A stretch of DNA of 64,000 nucleotides from Spirochaetota bacterium (GTDB taxonomy: Bacteria; Spirochaetota; UBA4802; JAFGDQ01). The notes beneath the pieces were generated by a model. The model was given only the letters and a program-made list of their open reading frames with translations, was not told the DNA's origin and made no database searches. This document shows, piece after piece, positions 49,811 through 60,327 of the stretch. The stretch's first letter is position 1. Each line of letters opens with the position of its first letter. The translations under genes were made by a program, and so were the position numbers. The DNA lies in the NCBI GenBank assembly GCA_016934735.1, contig JAFGSG010000055.1, positions 2,111 through 66,110 on the forward strand. Reading direction: 5' to 3'.

Positions 49811-50476
49811 ATGAAAAAATGCATAAAAGATATGCCGGAGTTTTCACGTCCTCGCGAGAAACTTAAGGAACGCGGGCCGGAAGCGCTTTCTGCTGCAGAA
49901 CTGATTGCTGTGATTTTAGGCAGCGGCAATAAAGGTCAGGATGTAATGGCGCTTTCCGCAAAAATTGCAAAATTAATAACGGATAAAAAAGGCGGTCTGT
50001 CTCTTGATGACCTGTTAAGTATTGATGGCATAGGCCTTGCTAAAGCCTGTCAGGTGCTGTCCGGATTTGAACTTGCGAGAAGATATATATCAAAAGAAAG
50101 AGTGACTATAACCGCGCCTGAACACGTACTGCCTTTGCTATCGGACATTGTCGCAAAACAGCAGGAGTATTTCATTTGCATTTCACTTAATGGGGCAAAT
50201 GAACTAATTGAAAAAAGACTAATTACTGTAGGACTTTTGAATAACTGACAGGTGCATCCGAGGGAAGTTTTCGCTGATGTAATTACAGACAGGGCAGCCT
50301 CAGTAATATTCGCTCACAATCATCCTTCCGGAGAGCTGAATCCAAGCAGAAGCGATCTGGAAATCCAGGAACAGCTTACGCAGGCCGGCAAAATTCTCGG
50401 AATAAATATAATTGATCACATAATAATTTCAAAACGGGGATATTACAGTTTTCAGGAAAACGGATTAATTAATTAA
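49811..50476 (+). pseudogene. radC: radC (JAB/MPN-domain DNA repair protein RadC) interrupted by a single in-frame TGA at 50246-50248
   Basis: N-terminal HhH half (49811-50245) and C-terminal JAMM half (QVHPREVF...HNHPSG...) are in the same frame separated only by TGA; context UGA-C. Confidence 0.75.
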
Positions 50477-50485
50477 AGTGAATTA

Positions 50486-51046
50486 TTACCTGATAAGAGC
50501 TTTTCCAAAGCTGTCAAGATAAGTCATTGTATCAAGTGTTTTTCTGCTGGGCCCTGTTTTATCTTTTTCAGCAGATTTTCCTATAGGGATTATCACTACA
50601 ACTTCATTATCTTCGGGCACGCTTAAAATACTTTTACAGCTTTGATGGTCCAGCAGGCCCACTATGACTGTAGCAAGGCCTAAGTCGTGCGCCCTGAGGC
50701 AGAGGTTCTGTACTGCAAGCCCCACATCGAACATAAACCAGTTATTCAGGCAGGTTGCATCAAGTCCATTGCTGCATCCTGATAGGCCTTTTTTGGCGCA
50801 TGTCGCGATAAGCGCCGAAGCTGTAGCCGCGCACTGTCTTGCCGGATTTGTTTTTGAGAACGTATTGCTTATTTGTTCCATGATATTCCTGTCTCTTATA
50901 ACCACAAATGACCACACCTGTAAGTTTTTCCAGGAAGGAGCCCATCGTGCTGCTTCAATGACTTCTTTTATCTCTTCATCGGTTACATAATAGTCAGTAA
51001 ATTTTCTTATACTTCTTCTTTTCAATATCGCTTCTTTAAGTTCCAT
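50486..51046 (-). CDS. Nitroreductase family protein
   Basis: LKRRSIRKF, APSWKNLQVWSFVVI. Confidence 0.8.
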   Translation of the reverse strand: MELKEAILKRRSIRKFTDYYVTDEEIKEVIEAARWAPSWKNLQVWSFVVIRDRNIMEQISNTFSKTNPARQCAATASALIATCAKKGLSGCSNGLDATCLNNWFMFDVGLAVQNLCLRAHDLGLATVIVGLLDHQSCKSILSVPEDNEVVVIIPIGKSAEKDKTGPSRKTLDTMTYLDSFGKALIR

Positions 51047-51206
51047 ACAGTACCTCCAAATAGTTAATAAGAATTAATATATATTTTCTAAATTGGATTG
51101 TTAATAATGTCTACAATAATAATTAAAATTGAAAACATAATAACTTGACTGATAATCCTGATTCTGTTCAATAAGTATGAAATATTAATGTTTTTTAGGG
51201 GATAAG

Positions 51207-54119
51207 ATGACAGAAACATACGGATTTGAAATTTTAAAGAAACAAAAGATAAAAGAACTTAATTGTGATGCTTTATTCTTTAAGCATATAAAAACAGGCG
51301 CCGAACTGTTATCAATAGTAAATGATGACGAGAATAAAGTATTCGGCATCACTTTCCGTACGCCCCCCGGCGACTCAACAGGAGTTCCGCATATACTTGA
51401 ACATTCGGTTTTATGCGGTTCAAGAAAATATTCTGTTAAGGAACCTTTTGTTGAACTTCTAAAAGGGTCGTTACAGACATTTCTTAATGCTTTTACTTAT
51501 CCGGACAAGACATGCTATCCGGTCGCGAGCCAGAATCTGAAGGATTTCTATAATCTGGTTGATGTATATCTTGATGCGGTTTTTTATCCCCGCATTACCA
51601 AATGGATTTTCCAGCAGGAAGGATGGCATTATGAGCTTAATGAGGCTGAAGAGCCTCTAATAATAAAGGGGGTTGTATACAATGAGATGAAAGGAGCGTA
51701 CTCTTCTCCGGACAGTCTTCTGGCGCAGTATTCCCAGCAGTCTCTTTTTCCGGATAACGCGTACAGTATGGAGTCGGGCGGTGATCCCAGGATAATTCCG
51801 CAGCTTACTTATGAGAGCTTTCTTGATTTTCATAAAAAACTATATCATCCTTCAAATTCCAGGATATTCTTTTACGGCGATGATGATCCGGAAAACCGGT
51901 TAAAGCTGTTGAATGAATATCTTAAAGATTTTAGCAAAATACATGTCTCTTCCGCCATTGATCTTCAGAAAAAATTTAAAGATCCCTTGAAGCTTGAGGT
52001 TCCGTTTGTGGCTGAAGCTGGAGAAGGCAAAGCCCCGACCGGTATGATTACGGTAAACTGGATGCTTGGCGAGACAACGGATATTGAGACCAATGTTGGG
52101 CTGCAGGTGCTGACATATATACTGCTTGGAATGCCTGCATCTCCGCTAAGAAAAGCTCTCATTGAATCCGGCCTTGGTGAAAGACTTGCTGGCGTGGGTA
52201 TTGAGAACGAACTGCGGCAGATGTATTTTTCTGCCGGATTAAAGGGGATTGAAGTAAAGGACGCGGCTCTGGTTGAAAAGCTAATCGATAATACGCTTTC
52301 CGATTTGAAGACAAACGGCCTTGATAAGCTGACAATAGAAGCAGCGTTCAATACGATTGAATTTGCTTTGCGTGAAAATAATTCCGGAAGTTATCCCCGC
52401 GGGCTGTCTCTTATGCTCAAGTCTCTCACTACATGGCTTTATGATTCTGATCCGCTTGCCCTTGTAGCGTTTGAAAATCCCCTGCAGAATCTGAAAGCGA
52501 GGTACGCTTCCGATCCTTCGCTGTTTGCAAAGATGATCGATCAATATCTGCTGAGCAATCTTCACCGTACAACCGTGATCCTAAAGCCGGACGCGAATCT
52601 GGCGGAAAAAGAGCGTACGAGGGAACTCGATCTGCTTAACCGGAAAAAGAAATCTATGAGCAGGGACGATATCCTGTATTTAATAAAGAATACACAGGAA
52701 TTAAAGCAAATGCAGGAGACCCCGGACAGCGCAGAAGCTGTTGCCGCTATCCCGTTTCTCAGGCTCTCAGAGATAGATAAAAAGAACAGGAATATTCCTC
52801 TAAGCTGTGAAAAGAAAAAAGTTGACTTGTTTTATCATGATCTTTCTACGAACGGGATATTGTATTTTGATCTGGGACTCCGCATAAACGCACTTCCGCA
52901 GAAGTATCTGCCGTATATGACAGTTTTTGGAAAGGCGTTGCAGGAGATGGGCACTGAAAAAGAGGACTATGTTTCTTTTTCACAACGCATCAGCCGGAAA
53001 ACCGGAGGAATAAGCAGAAGTCTTTTTTCATCTCTTATTAAGGATACTGACAGTCCTGTTTCGTGGATGTTCATTCGGGGCAAGGCTCTAACGAATCAAT
53101 TCGGCGACATGCTGGATATTCTTTCGGACATGCTGTTCAAAGTCCGCTTCGATAACCGCGAAAGATTTAAACAGATTGTACTGGAAACCAAGTCCGCGCT
53201 TGAACAGAGCATTATACCTGCGGGCAACAGATACGTGAACGTGCGGATCAACTCGCATTTCAACAAAGCGGCCTGGGCAGAAGAACAGATGAGCGGTATA
53301 AGTTCGCTTTTTTTCCTTAGAGATATTACTGATAAAATTGATAACGATTGGCCCCATGTTCTTCGCGATCTTGAGGAGATATATCGTACCCTTGTCTGCT
53401 CAGGAAATATTCTGATAAACACCGCAATAGATGAAAAGAACTGGACGCTGATTAATAAACCTCTTTACGGGTTTATGGATTCTCTCCCTGCAGGCACTTC
53501 CGATCCTGAGCATTGGTCGCCTGTAAATCGGTCTGAATTTGAGGGACTCGTAATTCCCGCGCAGGTCAATTATGTGGGTAAAGGCTCTAATCTGTACAGG
53601 CTGGGTTATTCGTATAACGGCAGTATAAATGTGATAAGTCATTTTTTAAGAACAAGCTACCTCTGGGATAATGTGCGTGTCCAGGGCGGGGCATACGGAG
53701 CTATGTGCCAGTTTAACCGTATGTCCGGGGTAATGTCATTTGTATCGTACAGGGATCCTAATCTTAAGAAGACGCTGGACATATTCAGTAAGGCAGCTCT
53801 GTTCTTAAAGAATTTGAATATTTCCGATGTCGAACTTCAGAAAAGTATCATAGGCGCCATTGGAGACATTGACTCCTACATGCTGCCCGATGTAAAAAGC
53901 TACACTTCACTGCTGCGTTCTCTTAGCGGCAATTCGGACGAGGACAGGCAAATCGCGCGTGACCAGATATTGGGGACGTCGCCGGCAGATTTTAAAGCTT
54001 TCGCTGATGTATTGGAGAATGCCTGCGGAAACAGCATTGTTAAGATAATGGGCGGCCGGAATGCTTTCGAAGAAGCATACAGTAGTGATGAAATGCCGGA
54101 ACTTGTGAAAGTTCTGTAA
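51207..54119 (+). CDS. M16C-family (PreP/insulinase-like) zinc metalloprotease
   Basis: Inverted zinc motif HILEHSVLCGS (HxxEH) ... E, about 970 aa. Confidence 0.85.
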   Translation: MTETYGFEILKKQKIKELNCDALFFKHIKTGAELLSIVNDDENKVFGITFRTPPGDSTGVPHILEHSVLCGSRKYSVKEPFVELLKGSLQTFLNAFTYPDKTCYPVASQNLKDFYNLVDVYLDAVFYPRITKWIFQQEGWHYELNEAEEPLIIKGVVYNEMKGAYSSPDSLLAQYSQQSLFPDNAYSMESGGDPRIIPQLTYESFLDFHKKLYHPSNSRIFFYGDDDPENRLKLLNEYLKDFSKIHVSSAIDLQKKFKDPLKLEVPFVAEAGEGKAPTGMITVNWMLGETTDIETNVGLQVLTYILLGMPASPLRKALIESGLGERLAGVGIENELRQMYFSAGLKGIEVKDAALVEKLIDNTLSDLKTNGLDKLTIEAAFNTIEFALRENNSGSYPRGLSLMLKSLTTWLYDSDPLALVAFENPLQNLKARYASDPSLFAKMIDQYLLSNLHRTTVILKPDANLAEKERTRELDLLNRKKKSMSRDDILYLIKNTQELKQMQETPDSAEAVAAIPFLRLSEIDKKNRNIPLSCEKKKVDLFYHDLSTNGILYFDLGLRINALPQKYLPYMTVFGKALQEMGTEKEDYVSFSQRISRKTGGISRSLFSSLIKDTDSPVSWMFIRGKALTNQFGDMLDILSDMLFKVRFDNRERFKQIVLETKSALEQSIIPAGNRYVNVRINSHFNKAAWAEEQMSGISSLFFLRDITDKIDNDWPHVLRDLEEIYRTLVCSGNILINTAIDEKNWTLINKPLYGFMDSLPAGTSDPEHWSPVNRSEFEGLVIPAQVNYVGKGSNLYRLGYSYNGSINVISHFLRTSYLWDNVRVQGGAYGAMCQFNRMSGVMSFVSYRDPNLKKTLDIFSKAALFLKNLNISDVELQKSIIGAIGDIDSYMLPDVKSYTSLLRSLSGNSDEDRQIARDQILGTSPADFKAFADVLENACGNSIVKIMGGRNAFEEAYSSDEMPELVKVL

Positions 54120-54137
54120 ATTAAATTTTTATTTTAT

Positions 54138-54232
54138 GCACTCGCCCGTGCAGAACATCGGATGTCCCAAGGAGCGGCTCTTCGCACAGGGTGGCGGCGC
54201 GCTAGCGCCAGCCGGGGGAGGGCGTAAAGTAA
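54138..54232. other. About 95-nt GC-rich (about 70% GC) island between convergent genes; contains hairpin ggcgcgctagcgcc (54196-54209)
   Basis: Strong local compositional departure from the one-third-GC background; no ORF or tRNA/rRNA signature recognised. Confidence 0.4.
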
Positions 54233-54248
54233 AGTATGTTTATAAAAA

Positions 54249-54899
54249 TCAATCGGCAGTCGGTTTTTCCGGTTCAGAAAAACCGAGCGGATATTTTACT
54301 CCTATATTAATCACGATCCCCGACATATCTATCTCGAGATTGCCTTTGGAAAGTTTTGCGCTTCTGTAACCAGTTTCTGCAATAAATCTGATTTTCGATG
54401 AGTGTCCCGGATTGTACGACATGCCTAAAATAAGCTGCCATGTCAATCCGTGGAAAAGTTTTGTTTTAGTTTCGGATGACTCAGTTCCATGATCGGGTAT
54501 TGTATAATGAAGAATCATGAAAGAATAACCAAGGCCAAGTGTTAAATATGGTATTATGTGAAATTTACTTTCCATGTTCGGCAGACGTATCTGGGCGGCA
54601 GCGAGTACGGGAATAATATATGCATTAGAATCTGCCTTCACATTGGCTGAAACCTCTCCAACCTCTTCGCTGCTTAGCTTTCTTTCCCATCTTGCCCAGT
54701 AAATACCGGGTTCAAAACCAAGTGCAAAAAACGGATCAAGGTCTGCAAGCCATAAAAAATTAAGCTGCCATCCGAATTTTTCCGGATCCTGGGCATAGCC
54801 GGTACCGAGCTTCCCGTCCAGGGTTTTGGCGTACGGAAAAGCATTTGTAGAAATAAAAATTGTTAATAAAATAAACGAAATAAAGATAATGTTTTTCAT
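54249..54899 (-). CDS. Outer-membrane beta-barrel protein (OmpW/OmpA-like small porin)
   Basis: Signal peptide MKNIIFISFILLTIFISTNA, alternating aromatic strands, C-terminal aromatic. Confidence 0.65.
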   Translation of the reverse strand: MKNIIFISFILLTIFISTNAFPYAKTLDGKLGTGYAQDPEKFGWQLNFLWLADLDPFFALGFEPGIYWARWERKLSSEEVGEVSANVKADSNAYIIPVLAAAQIRLPNMESKFHIIPYLTLGLGYSFMILHYTIPDHGTESSETKTKLFHGLTWQLILGMSYNPGHSSKIRFIAETGYRSAKLSKGNLEIDMSGIVINIGVKYPLGFSEPEKPTAD

Positions 54900-55052
54900 T
54901 CTGAGCGTCTCCTGAATGGTACTGATAATTCTTAATAATATTTATCGGAATTTTATTAGGCCATATAAGTATGGAAACGAACTATATTGCCTATCATAAA
55001 AAGATAATAATATTAAAAATTATTTCAATTGTTTTGCTTAATTTTATGGATA

Positions 55053-56108
55053 TTATTTTTTTTCAGGTATATACGTGCAGTATGGCTCCTCATCAAAGTA
55101 ATCACCTGTCGCGTAATATGCCCGGGCCCTGCATCCAGCGCATACAGCCTTATAGTCGCATGCTCCGCATTTGCCTTTAAGGTTCCCGAGATCCCGTAAT
55201 TCATTAAATAGTTTTGATTCTTCCCATATTTCTTTAAATGGTTTTCTAGTGACATTACCTGCGTTAACGGGAAGATATCCGCACGGCTGTACATCGCCTG
55301 TATTTGAAATAAAGCAGACTCCGGTACCGGCGAGACAGCCTCTTGTCATTGCTGCCATACCGTCGGTCTGTACCGAAACGGTCCTGCCTTCTTCTTTTGC
55401 TTTCTGACGAATGATCCTGTAATATGGCGGGGCGCAGGTTGCTTTAAAATCCAGATTTGTAGTTTTCATACGTTCGTAAAGCCAGATTAAAGTTTTTTCA
55501 TATTCTTCCTTTGGAAGCATATCTGTATATGCAATTTCTGCTCCACATCCGACCGGAACAAGCATAAATATATGCAGTGCCTTTGCTCCGGCTTTTTCGC
55601 TAAGAAGAATAATTTCATCTAGGTCTTCGACGTTTCGTTTGGTAATGGTTGTGTTGAACTGGAATTCAACGCCGGCATCTCTTAATAATGAGGCTCCTTT
55701 AATTGCTTTATTAAAAGAACCATTTATTCCGCGAAATGCATCATGTGAGTTGGCGTCTTTACCGTCAATGGAAATGCTTACTCTGCTGATTCCGGATTTT
55801 TTTATTTTAAGCGCAGTATCCTTGTCTATAAGCGTGCCATTAGTGGCAAGGGCAACGTGAAAGCCTTTGTTATTCGCGTATTCAGCAATCGTAAAGATAT
55901 CTTTCCTGAAAAGAGGTTCACCGCCTGTTAATATGAGAATCGGCTTTGCGAATGACGCGATGTCATCAATAATATGCATTATATTGTCAGTATCAAGTTC
56001 GCCTTTAAATGTTCCATTATCTGCGGAAGCTCTGCAGTGAACGCATTTTAAATTACAGCTCTTTGTCAGTTCCCAGAAAACAAGCCTTGGCTTATCCGAT
56101 TTAATCAT
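55053..56108 (-). CDS. Radical SAM/SPASM protein, AhbD/NirJ-like (candidate heme synthase of the siroheme-dependent pathway)
   Basis: CNLKCVHC cluster motif, GGEPL, C-terminal CGACDYKAVCAGCRARAY SPASM cysteines; overlaps hemA by 4 nt. Confidence 0.6.
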   Translation of the reverse strand: MIKSDKPRLVFWELTKSCNLKCVHCRASADNGTFKGELDTDNIMHIIDDIASFAKPILILTGGEPLFRKDIFTIAEYANNKGFHVALATNGTLIDKDTALKIKKSGISRVSISIDGKDANSHDAFRGINGSFNKAIKGASLLRDAGVEFQFNTTITKRNVEDLDEIILLSEKAGAKALHIFMLVPVGCGAEIAYTDMLPKEEYEKTLIWLYERMKTTNLDFKATCAPPYYRIIRQKAKEEGRTVSVQTDGMAAMTRGCLAGTGVCFISNTGDVQPCGYLPVNAGNVTRKPFKEIWEESKLFNELRDLGNLKGKCGACDYKAVCAGCRARAYYATGDYFDEEPYCTYIPEKK

Positions 56109-57412
56109 ATACCTTTACCGAATAGTTGTTCAATGATTTTTATGTTTTCTTTTATTTTTTTCTTTTCTTTAGAGGCATACGACGTATAGCCTTTGATATA
56201 CATGATAGGATCATGGAGCGTTCTGGTCATTATTTGAATGGTTAGATTATCAATTATTTCCAGATCTTTCGCAGATAAATGTTTAAGCTTTCTTTTCGCA
56301 TATTTATTAAATTCATGTTTCCTTATCTCGTCAAATTTATTCCGGATATTAATAATGGCCGGTACAATAGCCAGGTTTTCATACCATTCATAAAATTTTT
56401 CAGCATCCGACTCAATCAGGCTCTCGGCTGCTTTGAGTTCATTGAGCCTGCTTTTTAAATTTTCATCGGCAATATTTTTCAGGTTATCTATATTATAAAG
56501 ATAAATATTTTCCAGTTTGCCTGCTGCGGGATCAATATTCCTCGGTACCGCGATATCTATAATAAACAATGGGTTATTGTTTTTCTGCTTCAAGATATGT
56601 TTTGCTGTTTCTTTTGTGATAATATATTCAATGGAAGCGGAGGACGCAATTATTATATCCGTTTTTTCGGCTTGGTTTTCAATATCATCAAGTGTGATCA
56701 CATTGGCTTTTATGTTTAATCTGTCAATAATACTCTGTGCGTTATGGAAAGACCTGTTAGCAATTGTTATATCATTTATTTTATATTTCGTAAGATATTT
56801 CAGTATCAGCTCTCCCATTTCACCAGCACCAATAAGAAGAGCTTTGCGTTTCGACAATCCCTTAAAAATGTTATTTGCTAACTCTACAGCGATAAATGCA
56901 ATGGAGAGTGGATTTTTTGCTATGGCGGTTTCAGTCCGTACTAATTTCGCAGTCCTGAATGCCTGATGGAACAGCTTATTTAAAATAGTGCCGGTTTTAT
57001 TAATAATGGCAGAGTTTCTGTAAGCGTCTTTAACCTGGCTCAGAATTTCATTCTCGCCAAGTACCATGGAATCCAGAGATGAAGCAACAGTGAGTAGATG
57101 AATAACGGCATCTTTGGAAAATTTTTTATACAGAATATTTTCCAATTTTGTTATAGACGACGATGATATTTCCCCAAGTGTTTTTATCAGGCCTTCAGCC
57201 GAATGATCCATATTTACGGAAGTAAAATAGATTTCCACTCTGTTGCATGTCGATATACATACAATTTCTTCAATACCGATTGATTCTGCTCTTTCAATAA
57301 CCTTGGATAATTTACTATCATCAAGCGAAAATTTTTCTCTGATATGAATCGGCGCTGTCTTATGGCTTATCCCGATCAAACCGATATCGGGGATTTTTTT
57401 TATTTTTTTCAT
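56105..57412 (-). CDS. hemA: Glutamyl-tRNA reductase
   Basis: STCNRVEIY active-site Cys motif, NAD-binding GAGEMG. Confidence 0.9.
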   Translation of the reverse strand: MKKIKKIPDIGLIGISHKTAPIHIREKFSLDDSKLSKVIERAESIGIEEIVCISTCNRVEIYFTSVNMDHSAEGLIKTLGEISSSSITKLENILYKKFSKDAVIHLLTVASSLDSMVLGENEILSQVKDAYRNSAIINKTGTILNKLFHQAFRTAKLVRTETAIAKNPLSIAFIAVELANNIFKGLSKRKALLIGAGEMGELILKYLTKYKINDITIANRSFHNAQSIIDRLNIKANVITLDDIENQAEKTDIIIASSASIEYIITKETAKHILKQKNNNPLFIIDIAVPRNIDPAAGKLENIYLYNIDNLKNIADENLKSRLNELKAAESLIESDAEKFYEWYENLAIVPAIINIRNKFDEIRKHEFNKYAKRKLKHLSAKDLEIIDNLTIQIMTRTLHDPIMYIKGYTSYASKEKKKIKENIKIIEQLFGKGI

Positions 57413-57606
57413 ATTTGTATAATGCTGGTTCTAAGTAAAAAAATAATAAATTTGACTTTTATTTTGCCATAGTTAGATACAATCAAATAACATGTATTTA
57501 TTATCAACAAATTTAACGCGTAATGAAGAATTTATTATTCTTGAAATATATCATATATCTGAAATAAATATATTCTTTTCGCGGATAATATCTGAAGAGT
57601 AATTGA

Positions 57607-58416
57607 GTGACTGACATGAGAAATGCGATAGATTATCATATACATACAAAACTTTGCGGCCATGCGTCCGGTACAACGGATGAATATATACGCGAAGCGA
57701 TAAATAAAAAGCTGAAAGAAATCGGATTTTCAGATCACGCTCCTCTGCCGGAGGGTCTCAGAGAAGGGATAACGATGCTTCCTGAGGAAACAGAGAATTA
57801 TATAAAACTAATTGAGCAAAAAAGGAAAGAATATAATAACCAAATTGATATAAAGATAGGCTTTGAGATTGATTTTCCATTAACAGATGCCCTGGGAAGA
57901 AAATATCTGAATGATAACAGGCTGGATTATCTGATAGGCTCATGTCATTTTCTCGGAGACTGGGCCTTCGATCATCCTGATAATGTCAGTGGATTTAAAA
58001 ACAGAGATATTAATGAGATTTACAGCGATTATTATAAGATCATCTCTGATCTGGTCCAATCCGGATATTTTAACATAGTAGGGCATTTTGATCTTGTTAA
58101 GAAGTTCGGCCATCGTGCAAAAGCTGACTTTACAAAAACAGTTGAGAATCTGGCTCTCAGTATAACAAGGAATAAAAATATAGCTGTTGAAATTAATACA
58201 GCAGGAATTAGAAAACCTGTTAATGAGTTGTATCCTTCAGAAAACATAATTGAAATTTTTTATCGCATGAATGTTCCCTTAACATTCGGCTCAGATGCTC
58301 ATAAACCGGAAGAAGTCGGTTATATGTTTGATAAAGCTGAAGAAACAATAAAAAAAGCAGGTTATAGAAAGATTTCCGGTTATTCAAAAAAGCAAAGATA
58401 TGACATCCTCCTGTAA
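57607..58416 (+). CDS. hisK: Histidinol-phosphatase, PHP family (HisK/HisJ-type)
   Basis: DYHIHTKLCGHA and later His/Asp metal ligands of the PHP fold. Confidence 0.7.
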   Translation: MTDMRNAIDYHIHTKLCGHASGTTDEYIREAINKKLKEIGFSDHAPLPEGLREGITMLPEETENYIKLIEQKRKEYNNQIDIKIGFEIDFPLTDALGRKYLNDNRLDYLIGSCHFLGDWAFDHPDNVSGFKNRDINEIYSDYYKIISDLVQSGYFNIVGHFDLVKKFGHRAKADFTKTVENLALSITRNKNIAVEINTAGIRKPVNELYPSENIIEIFYRMNVPLTFGSDAHKPEEVGYMFDKAEETIKKAGYRKISGYSKKQRYDILL

Positions 58417-59134
58417 TCCTTATAATGAAGCAAATAATAGATTTTTTTGCTTCAGTAATCACTCTCTGACACTGGGAGCTATTGGCAAATCAATAAATAC
58501 AATCGATTATTCAAATGATCTTGACAGCGTCAGGTTTCAGGAGATCGATCTTCTTAGCCGGTTTCTTGGTATAGAAAAGCGAACTATTTCAATGTTAAAT
58601 CAGGTTCACGGCGACTCGATTCTTGAAGTCAATGCGCCTTCGGAAGATGACAGAATTTTCCCTGACGCAGACGGTATGATTACATGCACCTATAAACACT
58701 GCCTTGTAATCCGTACGGCGGATTGTGTGCCTATCTTTGCATTTGATGCAAGACAGAAAGTACTTGGGGCGGCTCATTCAGGATGGAAGGGATGCAGATT
58801 GAATATTACCAATAAGTTGATTAAACATATGAAATCCCGATTCCAGTCAGAGAACAATGATTTACATATTTATATTTTACCATCCATAGGTCCGGATTCA
58901 TATGCTGTGAATATGGATGTGGGTTCTTTATTTAAAGATGATATAATAATTAAAGGTAATAAAATATATCTGAATCTATGGAATAATATTGCGAGAAATC
59001 TGACGGAAGAAGGAATACCTGATTTAAATATCCATCAATCGGGAATATGCACTTTTATTAATAATACTGATTATTTTTCATACAGACGCGGTGACATGGG
59101 ACGGAATTTGAATTTTGCTATGATAGATGGATAA
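58400..59134 (+). CDS. pgeF: YfiH/PgeF (DUF152, laccase-domain) purine nucleoside / peptidoglycan editing enzyme family
   Basis: NQVHGD, RTADCVPI, AHSGWKG conserved blocks. Confidence 0.75.
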   Translation: MTSSCNPYNEANNRFFCFSNHSLTLGAIGKSINTIDYSNDLDSVRFQEIDLLSRFLGIEKRTISMLNQVHGDSILEVNAPSEDDRIFPDADGMITCTYKHCLVIRTADCVPIFAFDARQKVLGAAHSGWKGCRLNITNKLIKHMKSRFQSENNDLHIYILPSIGPDSYAVNMDVGSLFKDDIIIKGNKIYLNLWNNIARNLTEEGIPDLNIHQSGICTFINNTDYFSYRRGDMGRNLNFAMIDG

Positions 59135-59162
59135 TGGCATATAGTAAACAGTAAAATATGCC

Positions 59163-60194
59163 GTGTTGAATGCCCTAAAATTAAAAAATCGTGCTTTACA
59201 AATGAATAACCTTCTGGAAAATGCGTTAAATATTTCTTCTGCTAATTTAAAGAAGCAAATAATCCATATGAAGGATAAAGATAAAATAATTTTAGCTGAT
59301 CTTATCGATTTACGCAATCCAAAAGATGTATATTCAGGCGTAAAGAAGATATTTTTTTATCATTATCCTAAAAATCTTTTTAATGAAATTGAGAAATGTT
59401 ATAAACAGACCAAAACTCTGTTTGATGGTAAATATTCGAATTATAATGCATGCAACACAAAATATCATAATTTTATTCATACTCTTGATATTTTTTTAGC
59501 AACAGCCAGACTGCTCGATGGTTATAATCTTAAAGGAAATAAACTGCCGGAAAGACTTGCGATAAATTTACTAAAAGCAAGTTTGCTCCATGATAGTGGG
59601 TACATCCAGGAAAAGTGGGACAAAGAAGGCACCGGTGCCAAGCACGCACAAAATCATATCGGAAGAAGCATTGCGTTCATTGTTAAGAACCGGGTTAATT
59701 TTTCGGTTAGTAAAGAAGATGTTGACACGATTTCAAAAATGATAAGATGTACTGAAGTAAAGGATAATATCAGTAAAATTCCGTTTTCTTCGGAAGAAGA
59801 AAGAATGACCGGGATGATACTTGGATCCGCAGATATTCTTGGGCAGATGTCCGACAGGGAATATCTGGAAAGGTTGTTGTTCCTGTATAACGAGATGAAG
59901 GAGGCAGGTGTTCACGGATATACAACCGAGTTTGATATAATTAAAAGCACGCTTAAGCTGTATAAAATAATTAAAAAAAGATTAAATGACTCATTCAAAA
60001 AAGTTTATGGTTACGCGGAGGACCATTTCAGGATAAGATTTAACATTGATAAAAATTTATATATAGAAGCGATTGAAAAGAATATCGAATATATTGAAAA
60101 GATAATCAATGATAGTTCTACGAATTTTCGCCATAAACTAAAACGCGGCAATTTTCCGGATGTTTGCAGCATTAATGAAAAAAATAAATCGTAG
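59163..60194 (+). CDS. HD-domain phosphohydrolase-like protein
   Basis: H...HTLD and LLHDSGY HD-motif residues. Confidence 0.55.
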   Translation: MLNALKLKNRALQMNNLLENALNISSANLKKQIIHMKDKDKIILADLIDLRNPKDVYSGVKKIFFYHYPKNLFNEIEKCYKQTKTLFDGKYSNYNACNTKYHNFIHTLDIFLATARLLDGYNLKGNKLPERLAINLLKASLLHDSGYIQEKWDKEGTGAKHAQNHIGRSIAFIVKNRVNFSVSKEDVDTISKMIRCTEVKDNISKIPFSSEEERMTGMILGSADILGQMSDREYLERLLFLYNEMKEAGVHGYTTEFDIIKSTLKLYKIIKKRLNDSFKKVYGYAEDHFRIRFNIDKNLYIEAIEKNIEYIEKIINDSSTNFRHKLKRGNFPDVCSINEKNKS

Positions 60195-60327
60195 AAGTTA
60201 AATAAATATCCGAATACAATAACGATATACTTAAGAAATGCCGTATAATCCTGCAATGAGTAAATAATAGACAATTTAACTGCCGCTAAAAGTCAAAAAT
60301 AAAAAAATACATTAATGAATAATAAGA

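Noticed and set aside
50246-50248. Alternative genetic code (UGA as sense, code 4/25) to explain the radC TGA
   Set aside because: TGA terminates several well-defined genes in the window (e.g. ubiE at 3372-3374, HAD at 4422-4424), so standard code 11 applies.
54136-54369. 77-aa plus-strand ORF
   Set aside because: Gly/Ala-rich translation of the GC island, running antisense into the convergent OM-protein gene; no coding signal.
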